Origin: the human T2T-CHM13v2.0 reference genome, Homo sapiens
Length of the DNA stretch: 64,000 bases
Strand: one strand, 5' to 3'
Assembly: GCF_009914755.1 (NCBI RefSeq)
Contig: NC_060925.1
The notes under the pieces were generated by a model. That model searched no databases and was not told the origin of the DNA. It saw only the letters and a program-made list of their open reading frames with translations. Positions 44,403 to 57,664 of the stretch are shown here, in pieces. Numbering within the stretch: position 1 is the first letter of the stretch; every line of letters starts with the position of its first letter. Both the position numbers and the translations under genes were made by a program.

Positions 44403-44506
44403 ATAATGTTTACAGTTACAAGTTTATACATCAGTCTCTGTCTTATTGTATTCATATGAGCTTTTGTTGAACCTTGCCCAGTGGGCAGCCCGTTTGCTTC
44501 TCCTTA

Positions 44507-44896
<390 letters not shown>

Positions 44897-46304
44897 TCAA
44901 AACCTCTGCATATCAGAGTGTGCTCCCTACACATGATTTATGTTTTCCATTCTTGCCCAGCCTGACATATAGGCAGAGCAGTTCATTGCCTGTTCCCTAT
45001 GATCTAAGTGACAGTAGAAGTATTTTTCTACATGCATACACACACATCCTCCATACTACCTCATGGATGCCTTTCATTTCACAGCAGAATGCCATGTCTC
45101 TAATTTTAAATTTCAATCCTTGTTATAAAGGAAACTTCTCCCAAGAATCTTACCACGTTCTATTGCAAGCACAGGCTAAAGGAATCTGAGACTATCTCCA
45201 AAGTAGATCTGGAAGTCTTAAGCCCTCCTAATTTGTTAAGGATGTGTAGATAACCTCCAATGACCTACAATTACTAATATTCTCATGGTAACTTTGATAT
45301 AATTCCATTCTTTTCTACAAGTATTCTACAAAGTGCACTGCTTTTGTATTTTGGAACCTAATTAGATTCCAGATTTTATTGAACTGTTTTGTATTTTGTT
45401 GTTTCAGTAAGTAATAATTGTTTCAGTTAGAAAAAAAAAAAAAAAACACAGAAAATCTGCCTTCCAGGCTTATATAATCTTACCAGGATCTATCCTTTAG
45501 CTCCACTTTCTGTAGAAATGCTCCATCCTTAGACAGGCTCTCCTTTTTTTGTCATGCGTGAAGTTCCCAGGACTGCAGAGAAAAGCAATAAGCAATAGTG
45601 TTTTCCCCAGAAGTCACAAAGATTCACTGCTTTGTATGTGTTCTGAATGGGCCATGTTCCCATCCTGGATCAATCTCTGTGGCCAGGTGGATACAATGCA
45701 CTAGTTAGCTGAGGCCTTAATCATCTCCCAAAGTGGTAAAAAACAAACAAACAAAAAAGGAATGGGCTTCAAAGGAAGCACAAGGCCTAAGAATAGGGAA
45801 GGGGATAATTTCTGGAGAAAAATTAGGCTACCGCTAGGAAGGTTTTGATGTTGGCAGCAATAGCAACCTCTATTCTCTCTATACAGTCTGCTGCCCGACG
45901 TTAGAATTTAGAGACAGCATCTAGTTAGAGAAAGAAAGTGTTTCTTTATATACTACATGTTACACTTTGATCATATACTCTCTGTCCCTTCTCTGAACTT
46001 TTAAAACATATTCTAAAGTATTCTCCTATATGCTGCCTTGGTTTTAGTTATTTATAAATATTTCTCTCCCCTAGATCTAGATCTAGATCATCAGCTATTT
46101 CAAGGCAAGTACTGGTGGTTATATGGCATGTACATACAAGGCATGTACCGCATTGTACATTACATGTAGTAGGCATCCCCAACTATTCAACAAATAGTTA
46201 TTCATTGACAAAATGAAAGGATTAAAAGTCCATGGGTCTTCAGGTGGTAGCTTGGGGACTGATTTTTTAAAAGTCAATGGGGCTTATTCATCTTTTGCAT
46301 AGTA

Positions 46305-46383
46305 TTAGGTTGGTGCAAACATAATTGCCGTTTTTGCCATTGAAAGTAATGGCAAAACCGCAATTACGTTTGCACCAACCCAG
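46305..46383. mobile_element. MADE1 (Hsmar1 MITE), near-perfect palindrome
   Basis: TTAGGTTGGTGCAAAC...GTTTGCACCAACC, flanked by TA on both sides. Confidence 0.93.
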
Positions 46384-46875
46384 TATTATCTCATCACAGT
46401 TCTGTAACCCCTGTGTGTGCATGGATGTTTGTGTGCAAGGCGCTAATACACACACAGTAAGAAGCTACTATGTGCCCATGGTAAGCAACAGGGATGTGAA
46501 GATATAGTGATTACAAAACAAACATTCCCCAGGTCTTCAAAAGTTTATACTCTAGTGACAAAGACAGATGCTTATCAAATAGAGTGTAATCAGTACTCCA
46601 AAGAATAATTGTAAGGTATTCAGGGAGAATGTATGTGAGTAATAGATCTTCAATTTTATTATTATTGTTCTAACTGATTCCAGATCAATTCCAAATTGGC
46701 TGTCAGGGAATACCAGTTTTCCTAGAGGTCTGTTAAAGGTGGAATTTCTTAGATGCTTAACACTAGATTCCCAAATAAAAGCTCAAGATCCAAGAAATTA
46801 CATCTTATGTTTGTGATAAGTAAAAACTAATTTAATTTTGTTTTCCTCTCTCCTTCCTCCCCACTTCTCTCCCAG

Positions 46876-46950
46876 CCTGAAGTTCTGGATCAAATACAAA
46901 ATTTGAGGGAGTTATGGATGGATAATAATGCATTACAAGTGTTACCTGGG
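46876..46950 (+). CDS. LRRC7: LRRC7 internal coding exon (75 nt, phase 0-0): [25 protein letters not shown]
   Basis: Strong polypyrimidine tract ending CCCAG| at 46875 and donor GGG|GTATGT. The translation fits the LRR consensus and the densin-180 sequence as I recall it, and it joins the next exon in frame. Confidence 0.95.
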
Positions 46951-48289
46951 GTATGTAAGTTTTTATTCTACCATGTTGTTTAATATTTGTTATACATTTG
47001 TTGTATTTGATCATAATCTCAACTCTTAAATTTCAGTATTTGTGTTTCAAAGTAAAATAATACTCATTAGGAGTGTTCAGTCACCAAGTGTTTTCACCAT
47101 TTTTTTTTTTTAGTATTTTATGTATCTTTTTGTGAGTGTTATAGGTATACAAAACGTAAGAAAGATTTTTCTTATTCCCTTTGGAGTATATTTGTCATCT
47201 CTTCCCACATTTACTGTTCTTTAAAAGCTGAAAGAATTTATAGTTATATTTTTAAAAAGCAAAATACCATATATAATACCAAGTTTTATTTTTACAAAAT
47301 CAACCTTATTCTTACAGGTAACTAGACAATGGTTTTTATTCATTTTGTTAGAGCTCTTCTACAAAATAAAAATCTCTCTCAGTTCAGGTGATTTTCAATA
47401 GAACCCATGTGAATTTTTGAAAATGGCAAGGATCATACAGTATTAAAAACAGAAAGTTAAACCAGAGTCAAATTTTTTCCTCAACTAAAGTCCAGCCCAG
47501 TACTATCTCCTGAGTATAAGTTTACCAGTCAACTCATTGAGTGTGATTATTCCTACTTTTCCCATCTAACAAAAGAATGTTCCCATAAAACGCTGCCCCT
47601 TGCCACTTGCATACACACACACACACCAAGAGAGAGAAGACAGCGAGAGAGCGCAAACACAAGTCTCCCTATTGTTTTGTATAACTCCAAACTCCTGGCA
47701 TTGGTCTAAGTAGCCACAGCAGGTGAATATGTAATAAATCTTCAGCCAACACAGAGGTTTAGATGTGTATTCTCAAAACCAGTTTTATTTCTTTTTTGAA
47801 TTGACATTAAAAATTACTTAAGATGACAGCAAAACCAACAAGAACAAGACATTTATTCTGTCTTTGAATAAGCATAAGACCACATAAAGGAGAAAATCTG
47901 AAACAAAGATTATGGAAAAATAATTAATGCTTTTATCAAAAGATGCATTTTTACCATCAAAGACACAAAACAGAAAAATATGCACATCTATTGTTCACTG
48001 ATTTATTTAAAAATCATGTACCAATAAAGCTCTATGAATCAGAAACTATGCTAATGTCAGGGTTACAAAGATAATATATTCAATGACCTTGAATATATTT
48101 GTTTGAGAAGCTCGCACATAGCAGGATAAACAGATCTGGATTTCACTACTCATAGAAGAGCCTGATTTGTGCTATAGTCAAGGTATGTACAAATCCTGAG
48201 GCAACACGAGACACTTACCAATCCCTGTGCAAAGATTGAAGAATCAGAATATATGCCAGCTAAAAGTTTATACCTCTTCTTCAATATAT

Positions 48290-48520
48290 TTATTTATTAA
48301 AAATTACATAGCATTTACCACGGGCTAAGCATTCTCTCTGTGTTGTACAAATGTGGATTCATTGAATCCCTACAACAATCCTATGAAGTAAGTTCTACTA
48401 CCATCCCCATTTTATAGATGAGGAAACTAAAATACAAAAAAAGTAACTGGCCCAAGATAACACAGCCAGTACCCCAGGGAGCTGTAATTCAAACCAGCGC
48501 CAGAGGCTGCTGTTGACTGT
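48290..48520 (-). mobile_element. MIR
   Basis: ccccattttatagatgaggaaactaa...aagtaactggcccaagataacacagc core. Confidence 0.8.
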
Positions 48521-49928
48521 AAAGCTCCCAAAGGCTCTCTATGGAACCAATAGAAGGTACAAATGAGAATTTTACTTTTCACAATTGTTACATTCCCAAA
48601 ATCCACTGTGCAAATCAACTCACATGCCAAATTTCTCAATAAGTTTGTTATTTAAGTGGAAAGGCAGGGATGAAATCTTCCATAAAACATATAATGCTGC
48701 CTAATTTGTCTGTCTCGAGAGTAGATGTTTCATATGTACTGCTAGCTTTATATAGATTCCTTACTTTATTTTGTATACTTGCACTTGGTAATTTGTTATA
48801 CGCTGTGTGGGAATACCCTACACCTCCCTGCCAGAAATAGCCATGGCTTTCTGGATGTTGGTGCTGGCAAAGAATTGCTTTTCAGTTACCCCAAAATACT
48901 TGGCTTTGAATGGTTCATCTTGAGTGTGGTCTCCAGCCTATGTCTGTCAGTTTCACAGAATAATTAAAACATTTAATATCATTAGCCATGGGGAAAAGAA
49001 GCACATTCATTTTTTTCTTAGTTCATGTATCATAATAAAGTTAATATACTTTGTGAATACTTTTGAATAGTCTGGGCTATTATTTTCCACTGTGTTTTTC
49101 ACAAGTCAGAGAAGCAAATAGATAATGATCAAATATTTAGTCTTTTACATAGTTCTATCTTGTGACCATCAATCTAAGGTTAATCAACCAAAATATGACT
49201 AAATCATGTATTGAATTCACATTTATTTTAAACAAACTCCAGTATCTTCTTTTACTTGTGGCTTCTACTCTTTCCATTTGCTGCACTGCTCACCTATAGA
49301 CCCCTCTATGCCCAGAGAATGTGGGATCAACATTCAATATCCTCAAGCACTGTAAGAATTTATGCCTTTACAGTCCTCAGGCTATGATTGCTTTGATACA
49401 GTGTTTTCAACATCAAAGTGTTATTCCAAAAAGAATGTTTAGGAACTGCACACCAAAATACTAAATTACGCTGAAGATAGCAATGAAGGAAGCTGGAAGC
49501 TTCAAGGAGAAAATAAATTTTCTCATGATATCTCATGATAAAGGAACAAAAAAGAAACACACACACACATATCATTCTTTCATTGCTCAATGGAAAAGAA
49601 GAGTGAACTTAGGTAACATGATAGTTCCTTGGGATGGAAAGCTATGAGTAAAGTGACAATATTTTTCCAAGTGACACATTTCCAAGCATGAGGAGAAACT
49701 CTGACTCATCCAAAGTACTCTGATTCTAGCTAGCAAATATTCAGTCACTCGAAGCCTGTGCTCACACTCTGCACCCACATGGGAAGCTGAGGGAGCAGGG
49801 CTGGAGATTTGCACTGGGTTAATTAAGGATATGTGCCCTCCAAATGGACTTTGTAGCCTGTAGTCTGATAAAATTGAGTTTGAAATCAGCTCCACCCCAT
49901 ATTAGTGGGATAACTTTGGAGTGTTACT

Positions 49929-50353
49929 TGTAGTAGATGCTCTCATGCATCCTTCTCCAGGACTTAAGAATTTACTCTATTCCCCCAGCTTCTGGAAATG
50001 CTGCTTGCAGCTCTCCAGCCTTCTTCAGAAATTGCCTCACGTAAAGAGAACATCTTCATCCACGGTCATAACCCCATTCCCAGAGACCTCCATCCAATGA
50101 TCAGTCAATGCAGGTATATAAAGGCTCAGCCCTTCATCCTCTACTCAGAACAACTTCAGGGCAATCCCAACTTCAGTGATCTTTGAAGTGCCAGCCAAGG
50201 ACTTTCTTAAGACTTCATCACAGCCCAACTTCTTTGTCTACCCAATCCTGCTCCCTTTCTTTCCTGTCTCTTCCTTTCTACTGGTGTTGATCCTAAACAC
50301 TCTCAAAAACTTCTTTCTTTGTCTCTGCTTCCCAAGGAATCCAACATGTGACA
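49929..50353 (+). mobile_element. LTR16-like ERVL solo LTR inserted in a MIR
   Basis: TG...CA ends, tctgcttcccaaggaatccaacatgtgaca 3' end, imperfect 5-bp TSD T[T/G]ACT, internal CCAAT and TATATAAA. Confidence 0.7.
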
Positions 50354-50432
50354 TGACTTAATCTCCAATATTTAATATGTGTTAAAATGCGGATTCTGAT
50401 TCAGCAGATCTGGGGTGGGTCTGACATTATAC

Positions 50433-50721
50433 TTTTTTTTTTTGGATGGAGTCTCGCTCTGTTGCCCAGGCTGGAGTTCAGTGGCATGATCTCAGCTCAC
50501 CACAACCTCTGCCTCCAGGGTTCAACTGATTCTCCTGCCTCAGCCTCCTGAGTAGCTGGTATTACAGGTGCCCGCCACCATAGTCAGCTAATTTTTGTAT
50601 TTTTAGTAGAGACGGGGTTTCACCATGTTGGTCAGGCTGGTCTCAAACTCCTGATCTCGTGATCCGCCCACCTTGGCCTCCCAAAGTGCTGGGATTACAG
50701 GCGTGAGCCACCGCGCCCAGC
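50433..50721 (-). mobile_element. AluS (Sg-like) inserted in a MER5A-like element (~50380-50800)
   Basis: Antisense Alu. The flanks gattctgattcagcagatctggggtggg / atttctaacaagctccca are contiguous MER5A sequence. Confidence 0.9.
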
Positions 50722-51974
50722 AGAGATTATACATTTCTAACAAGCTCCCAAGTGGTGTCAATGCTGCTGGTCTGCCGAACACATTTTGGGTAGCAAAAAT
50801 ATAAAATATTGAATCAAATAATATATATAAAGTACTTAGCATAGTGCCAAGTGCGAGCTTGTGTGTATGTAATAAATTTATGTATTTATTGTGTATTTGT
50901 TTATTTATACTCTGTCAAGTAATTAGAGATGGTAAAGTATGCACAGGTAGACCAGATAAACAGATGAACCATTCGTTGAGTAACTGAAATGTGTGGAACA
51001 TTTATTTACAAAACATGCCCTAAAGGAAAAGGAAAATGAGGACCTTTGCCCTGCCCTAACTCCTCTAGTCCGTGTCCCGCCCACATGTTCACTCCTTGCC
51101 CAAGATATGGGTTGATCCTTCCCTCTCCTCAGAAATCAGTTACTAATCCAATCATTCCACTTCTAACTTTCTCTGGAGTCCATCCCCTCTTCATCCTCAC
51201 TTCTGTTGCCTTAACAGCTAAAATACTTCTATATCCCTCTAACAGATCTCCTTGACTCCAGCTTCTGAAAGTTCCCTGATGTTACTACTTCTAAGCATAA
51301 ATCTGTTCATGTCATTCCCCATATTACAATCCTTTTGCTTTCCTTGCCTATAAAATAGAGTTTGCATTTCTTCACGTGACATAGAAACCCTTTCAGCATC
51401 TGGCTTCTCCCTGTAATCTCAACTTCATCACTATACTCAGCCACTTTGAATTTCCCACTCTTCCTCAAACATAGCATGCTTCGTCACACTTTATAAAGGC
51501 ACGTGCTGTTCTCCCTTCCAGGTACAGGTTCTCTTCTTTTGATGAGCAGCATCTTCCAGGCCATTTGCAGCCCTTCCCTGTTCTGTGGCATTCACTACAT
51601 GCTTTTTTATTGCACTTGTCACAGGGTGTTATAATTATTTCTTACTTGAAAGTTTCCTTCATTACTGAGAACTCCTTATTGATAAAAACTTTGTCTTCAT
51701 CATGGCAAGTCTGTCCCCATACTTAGCTGTCTTATTCTTGATTGTTCTTGAATACGTAACACAGATACTGGTGCATAGTAGATCCTTCAAAAAGGGCCAT
51801 TGAATGAGCAAAACATTGACTCTAATTAATAGGGTAATCTCCAAAATTATAATTTAAAACCTTTCTTATGCATTTGAAATTTTAAGGATCTACATGTCAA
51901 TGTCATTGTTTCAGTGGCAGCTTCTTTAGTTGGGAGTTATTTATTTTATTCAGTGCCAACTTCAAGATTATTGT

Positions 51975-52640
51975 GTGTTTTCTAACTGCTGCATTGAGAT
52001 ATAATTCACATACCATATACAGTTCCGTGGTTTTTGGACTACTCACATAGTTGTACAACCATCAGCACAATCTAATTTTAGAACATTTTCATGAGCCCTA
52101 AAAGAAAACCTGAACCTATTAGCCATAACTCCCACACTCCCCATCCACCCAGCTCCTAGAAACCTTACTCAACTTTCTATCTCTATGGATTTGCATATTC
52201 TGGACATATCATATAAATGGAATCATACAATGTGTGGTCTTTTGTGACTGGCATCTGTTACTTTGCATGTATTTTCAAGGTTCATACATTGTATAACATG
52301 TATCAATACTTTATTCCTTTTTATTACCAAGTAATATTTCATTATATGTATATGCCACATTTGATTTATGTGTTCATCAGTTGATGGACATTTGGGTTGT
52401 CACCAATTTTTGACATTGTGAATAATGCATCTGTGACCATTTGTGTAAGTTTTTGTGTGTACATATGTTTTTATTCTCAGTGGTATATGCCTATAGTGGT
52501 ATAACCCTATTTATTGTTGAGTCATTTTGAGAAACTGCCAAACAGTTCTTCAAAGTGGCTATACCATTTTACATTCCTACTAGCAATGTTTGAAGTTTAC
52601 AATTCCTCCACATTCTTGCCAACACTTGTTATTGTTGTGG
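51975..52640 (-). mobile_element. L1MB 3' end
   Basis: ttgagatataattcacatacc...gttgtacaaccatc...tatggatttgcatattctggacat. Confidence 0.85.
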
Positions 52641-52740
52641 TTGCTTTTAAAATAAACTTTACAGTGTAGTGGTTCTTACAACTTTAAAATGTCTTGTGAA
52701 AGTCTCTCAACTAACCCTGAGTTTATGCAATGTCATCAAG

Positions 52741-52885
52741 TCTATAGGGAAGTTAAAGATGTTGGTATACCTGGATATGTCAAAAAACAGAATAGAAACA
52801 GTTGACATGGACATTTCTGGATGTGAAGCCCTTGAGGACCTCTTATTGTCATCCAATATGTTGCAACAATTGCCTGATTCTATAG
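52741..52885 (+). CDS. LRRC7: LRRC7 internal coding exon (145 nt): [48 protein letters not shown](G)
   Basis: Lies inside ORF 52669..52989. Branch-point-like CTAAC at 52711-52715, acceptor CAAG| at 52740, donor TAG|GTGAGA at 52886. Encodes two LRR units. Confidence 0.95.
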
Positions 52886-53460
52886 GTGAGAATATAATAT
52901 TTTGTCACAAATATTTATGTCAAATATACCATTTTCTTTTTTGGAAGTATAGTTTGTCTATAGATATAGGTAATATACTGTTAGTCTGATGTTAATAAAT
53001 TTTAAAATGTGCTATGGAAATCATAAAATAGTATCTAACAAATATCTTAAGTGAAATATTAACTCGTTTCCAAATTCAAGAAGGCTCTTCTGTTAAAATG
53101 ATCCTACCAAATTGATATTGTTTAAAAATTGTTATATCTCCAAAGTTGCAAAATGTTATTATAAGGAGTATGTATGTTTTCTTCAGAGTAATTTAATAAT
53201 CATGTATGTATCCTTATATTATGATAGAATTACAATAGCTTCCATCCATAGGATGTTGCTATATTCTATTTGTAATATTGTTGTAACATTGGTATAATGT
53301 AGGAGTAACATATAAAAAGTATAAACATAAAATGTCTTCTTAGTTCTATTATTTTTAAAAAGTCACATGTCCTTAACATGTTAAGATTCATTAGATCAAA
53401 TAATTTGCTGGTTAGTATATAAAAAGCACTCATACATTTTTGTTTAAGGATGTTTACATG

Positions 53461-53787
<327 letters not shown>

Positions 53788-54782
53788 TCATTTAAATAAT
53801 GTGTAAGCTTTTTTGTATAGGTATCTTGCTGTTAGTATTTGTAAGAGAACTCTACGAAAAGGGTAATCATTAAATTACTTAACTTTGTAACATAGATTTT
53901 AACCTCTTTGAAACAGATGTGTTATATGTTCTGGAACTTAATCATTATTAAGATTGACTGAAGTTCAGAATCAGTCTTCTATTAGCAATGTGGTGCTCTT
54001 ATCCTTCGTGGATGCTGCAGATCCAATCCAAGCCAACTTGTGACTTGCCATGGTTTTCCACAGTGAATTTTCTGTTTCCCTTTTCACTAGCTCCACATAT
54101 GAGTTGTAAATTTTTAATCATTATTAAGTTCCAGAACATATAACTTTTAAAAATTAAGCCATATCCTAGGTAATCCAGTTGAAGATGAGGCAATTTTCCA
54201 AATTTTTCTTCAATACATTATTACTTCTACTTAGCCATTCTTTGAGGCTGATAAAGAACATTAGTTTTAGCAAAATTGTGGTCCATCGTTTCTTTCTTCC
54301 TAGAATTGTTGACTTTTTATTTACAAAATCCCATATTTTATAATGATATTTCTCTAACTTGCTCAATCATGGGTCTTAACTGAGAGTTTTATTAAACACT
54401 TCCACATTTCTAGGCTTTGTCTCTTAAGATTCTGATTCAGTAAATGTGACAAGCCCCTTGATCTGTACTTTTATTAAACATCTTAGATGAAACTTGTGAT
54501 CAGACAAATTTAGGAAATACTGGTTTATGTTGTAACAGATAAGGAAGTATGATTATAGAGAACATCCACTGGTCAAGATGACAGAGCAACTTAATACATA
54601 ACCTTACACTCCTACTCACCACCATCCCATACCATTTTAAATATATCTTGAAAATATAAAAACTCTATATATTCAAAGAACATATTTTTCTTCATTACTG
54701 ACTCCTCAGTGCCAAGAACTGTGCCTGGCATATTCTACGTGCTGTTTGAACACTTAGTAAATAAAATAATTTAGCCACACTC

Positions 54783-54910
54783 ACCCAGGCATGGTGGCAT
54801 GTGCCAACAGTCCCAGTTACTCAAAAGGTTGAGACAAGAGGATTGCTTGAGCCCAGGAATTCGAGTCCACCCTAGGCAACATAGCAAGACTCCATCTCTG
54901 AAAAAAAAAT
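54783..54910 (+). mobile_element. FLAM-type Alu monomer
   Basis: Single monomer with gaggattgcttgagcccagg and an A-tail. Confidence 0.8.
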
Positions 54911-54929
54911 TCTAATTTTTAAAAAGAAA

Positions 54930-57450
54930 AATGATGTTTGCTTAAGAAGAATGAACATCAACCTGAACCTGTGATAGAATGGAAATCCAGCAATATCCCC
55001 AGGCCTGATGGGCTACAAACCACAAACAGCAGCTGTAAGTTCAGTTCTTACTGTGAAGTAAGAAATAGAAGGACTTGAAGCACAACAGAGGAATCAGAAC
55101 TTACAAAAGATTAGGGCGGGACCTCTTTTCTGTGAAAAGGGACTGAAAAATTTACAACTAGTATGTGGAGCTACAGAAAAGGGAAATAACAGAAAATTCA
55201 CTGCGGAAAACTATGGCAAGTGACAAGCTGGCTTGGACTGAATCTGCAGTATCCACAAAGGATAAGACCACCAACATTGCTAATATAAGACTGGTTCTGA
55301 ACTCCAGAAACCTGGGGGTCAGGTGGAGGTAACCAGAAAACTGCCAGACAGGGAGAAGTGAGCATAGTGAAGGGGGAAACATTCACCCACACAAATGAGC
55401 TTGCAAACAAAAATGTTGAAGGAAACTAATGTTGCTTTGACAACCAAAAATTCAACCAAATAGGAGAATTTACCCTAAGGGAAACAAAAGTTATCAACCA
55501 ATATGAAAACTATTTTAAGCATGTATAGAACATCAAATAGATAAAAGAATAACAATTAGGTGTTATAGCCAAATAATTAGGGCCAGTGAAAGAGGAATCT
55601 TTTATATTTAAAATGCTGAAACACAAATAATAAGACTTATCTAACAAAAACATGAGCTATGACTAAAAATAGATGGTTAAGAAAAAGAATCAATTAAAAA
55701 TCCTGAAAATGAAAAGGAAGATATTGGTCAAAGGACACCAAGTTGCAGTTAGACAGGAGGAATAAATGATAAGTATTTAAATTGACAGATATGTTAATTA
55801 GCTTGATTCAATCATTCTAAAGTGATACCACTGCATCACTATGTACCTGATAATTATATACAATTTTAATTTGCCAAAAAGTTTTCAAAAATAAATTTTG
55901 AAAAAGAAATCCTGGAAATTAAAATACCACATTAGGTATGAAATACCACATAGGGTAATTTTAAAATACAACAGCTATAATGAAGAAAGTATGATATAGT
56001 CAGGTATAAAATTTGTAAGCTGGAAGACAGTGCTGAGGAACAGAACAGGCACATAGAAATTTGTTAATAAGAAATATTAAAAATGAGTTAAGAGACACAG
56101 AGAATAGAATAGAAATTGCATTCTAAAAATGAAAAAGCAAACAAATTACCTTCTCCAGGAATAAATACAGAATTCCAGAAATACAGAACAGAATAAATGG
56201 AAAAGAGGAACTATTCAAAGAGAAAATAGTTGATATTATTTTTCAACATTAAATACACAAGTAATTTATCATAATAAATGCATACACATAGTGCTAAAAG
56301 AGATAAATATAATAAATTTGCACTGGCTCATTGTTCTGAAACTGCAAGGACAAAGAAAAGTATTGTTTAAAGCTGCCATAGAACAAAAAGAGCTTATCTA
56401 CATAATAATAATTAGAGATGTCTTCATTGTCATCAGTGACAATATCTTCTGGATAGCGGAGTAATATCTTCAAAGTACTGAAGGTTAATTACAGGCAGAT
56501 TGGATTTCTATACCCAAGTAAACATTCATTCAAGAGTGAGCACACAACAAATATATTTGAACATATACCAAGAATAAGAGAATCTGCTCTTAAAAGATGT
56601 ACTTTACTCAGAAAACAAAAACAAACTCAGAAGGAAGGAAGTGAATGCATAAAGCAATGGCAAGCTTTACCAAATTTACCAACTTAATTTGGTAAATTAA
56701 GTAATTTAATTAAGTAATTTAGTTTACCAACTTAATTTGGTAGAAATTAAGAAAGAAATCTCTTCAGTATTTCTTAGTTGGGAGTATAGGATGAAGAGAT
56801 GGAGACTTGCAGAAGGGCAAAAGTAGAGAGAAGGAATAGGATAAAATACCTTTGATTACTCTAGAGAAAAGAGTCTAAGCACATATGATATAGAAATGCA
56901 ATAAAGATGTTATTTATGAACTTAATTTGGTAAATTAAATTAATTAAATTACTCAATTTGGTAAATGAAGTTGTTATATCTAAATAATTAGTGCCTGTAA
57001 AGAGGAATCTTTTATATTTAAAATGTTTAGACAGGATTAAGGAATGTGAAGGACCTTACCTTATTCAAGCAGAGGCTAGAAATACTGCATAACTTTAGAA
57101 TTTGCATGATATTCAGTTAAATAGACATGTTAAAAATGTAAATGTATCTACTTAATAGAAATGAAGCTGATACTTCCAAACCAGGAGAAGAGGGGAAAAG
57201 TTCTGAAAGAAAATATTCATACGGTGGAAGAAAGAAAAATAAAATGTAAAAATGACAAAATAGAAGTTATAAATAAGATGGTAAAAATAAATTCAAATTG
57301 TCATAAATCACAACAAATGTAATAGATTTAATTGATTACACTTATTCTATTAAAAGATCCAGAATTTCAAGTTCAGCTATATTGTGGTTATGAGACATAT
57401 CTAAAACAAAACACAGAAAGTTTGATTTTACAAAGGCAATAGAGTTGGTT
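54930..57450 (+). mobile_element. Ancient L1M 5'/ORF1 region, with an L1MA 3' fragment (~55715-55900) and a templated insertion
   Basis: Degenerate ORF1-like A-rich sequence (gaattccagaa...tattcaaagagaaaatag; atatcttcaaagtactgaagg). Confidence 0.5.
56758..56912 (+). repeat. 155-bp dispersed direct duplicate of 58842-58996
   Basis: Manual alignment gives 150/155 identical with no gaps. Confidence 0.97.
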
Positions 57451-57664
57451 ACCAGACTGGGCAACACAGCAAGTTCCCAATTCTACAACAAATTAAAAAA
57501 TTACCCAGGCACAGTGGCACACACTTGCAGTCCTAACTACTCAGGAAGCTGAGGCAGTAGGATTGCTTGAGCCCAGGAGTTCAGAGGTTGCAGAGAGCTA
57601 TGATTGTACCACTGCACTCCAACCTGGGTGACAGAATGGGACCTTTTATCAAAAAAAAAAAAAA
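57451..57664 (+). mobile_element. 5'-truncated AluJ
   Basis: Right arm with aggattgcttgagcccaggag and an A-tail. Confidence 0.85.

Noticed and set aside
46071-46168. (AGATCT)n palindrome and GGCATGTAC repeats as p53 sites or a cloning scar
   Set aside because: Short slippage repeats. The half-sites are imperfect and not properly paired, and there is no vector sequence.
52669-52740. N-terminal extension of the exon ORF
   Set aside because: Intronic sequence with a GTG start. It does not fit the LRR pattern and contains the branch point/acceptor.
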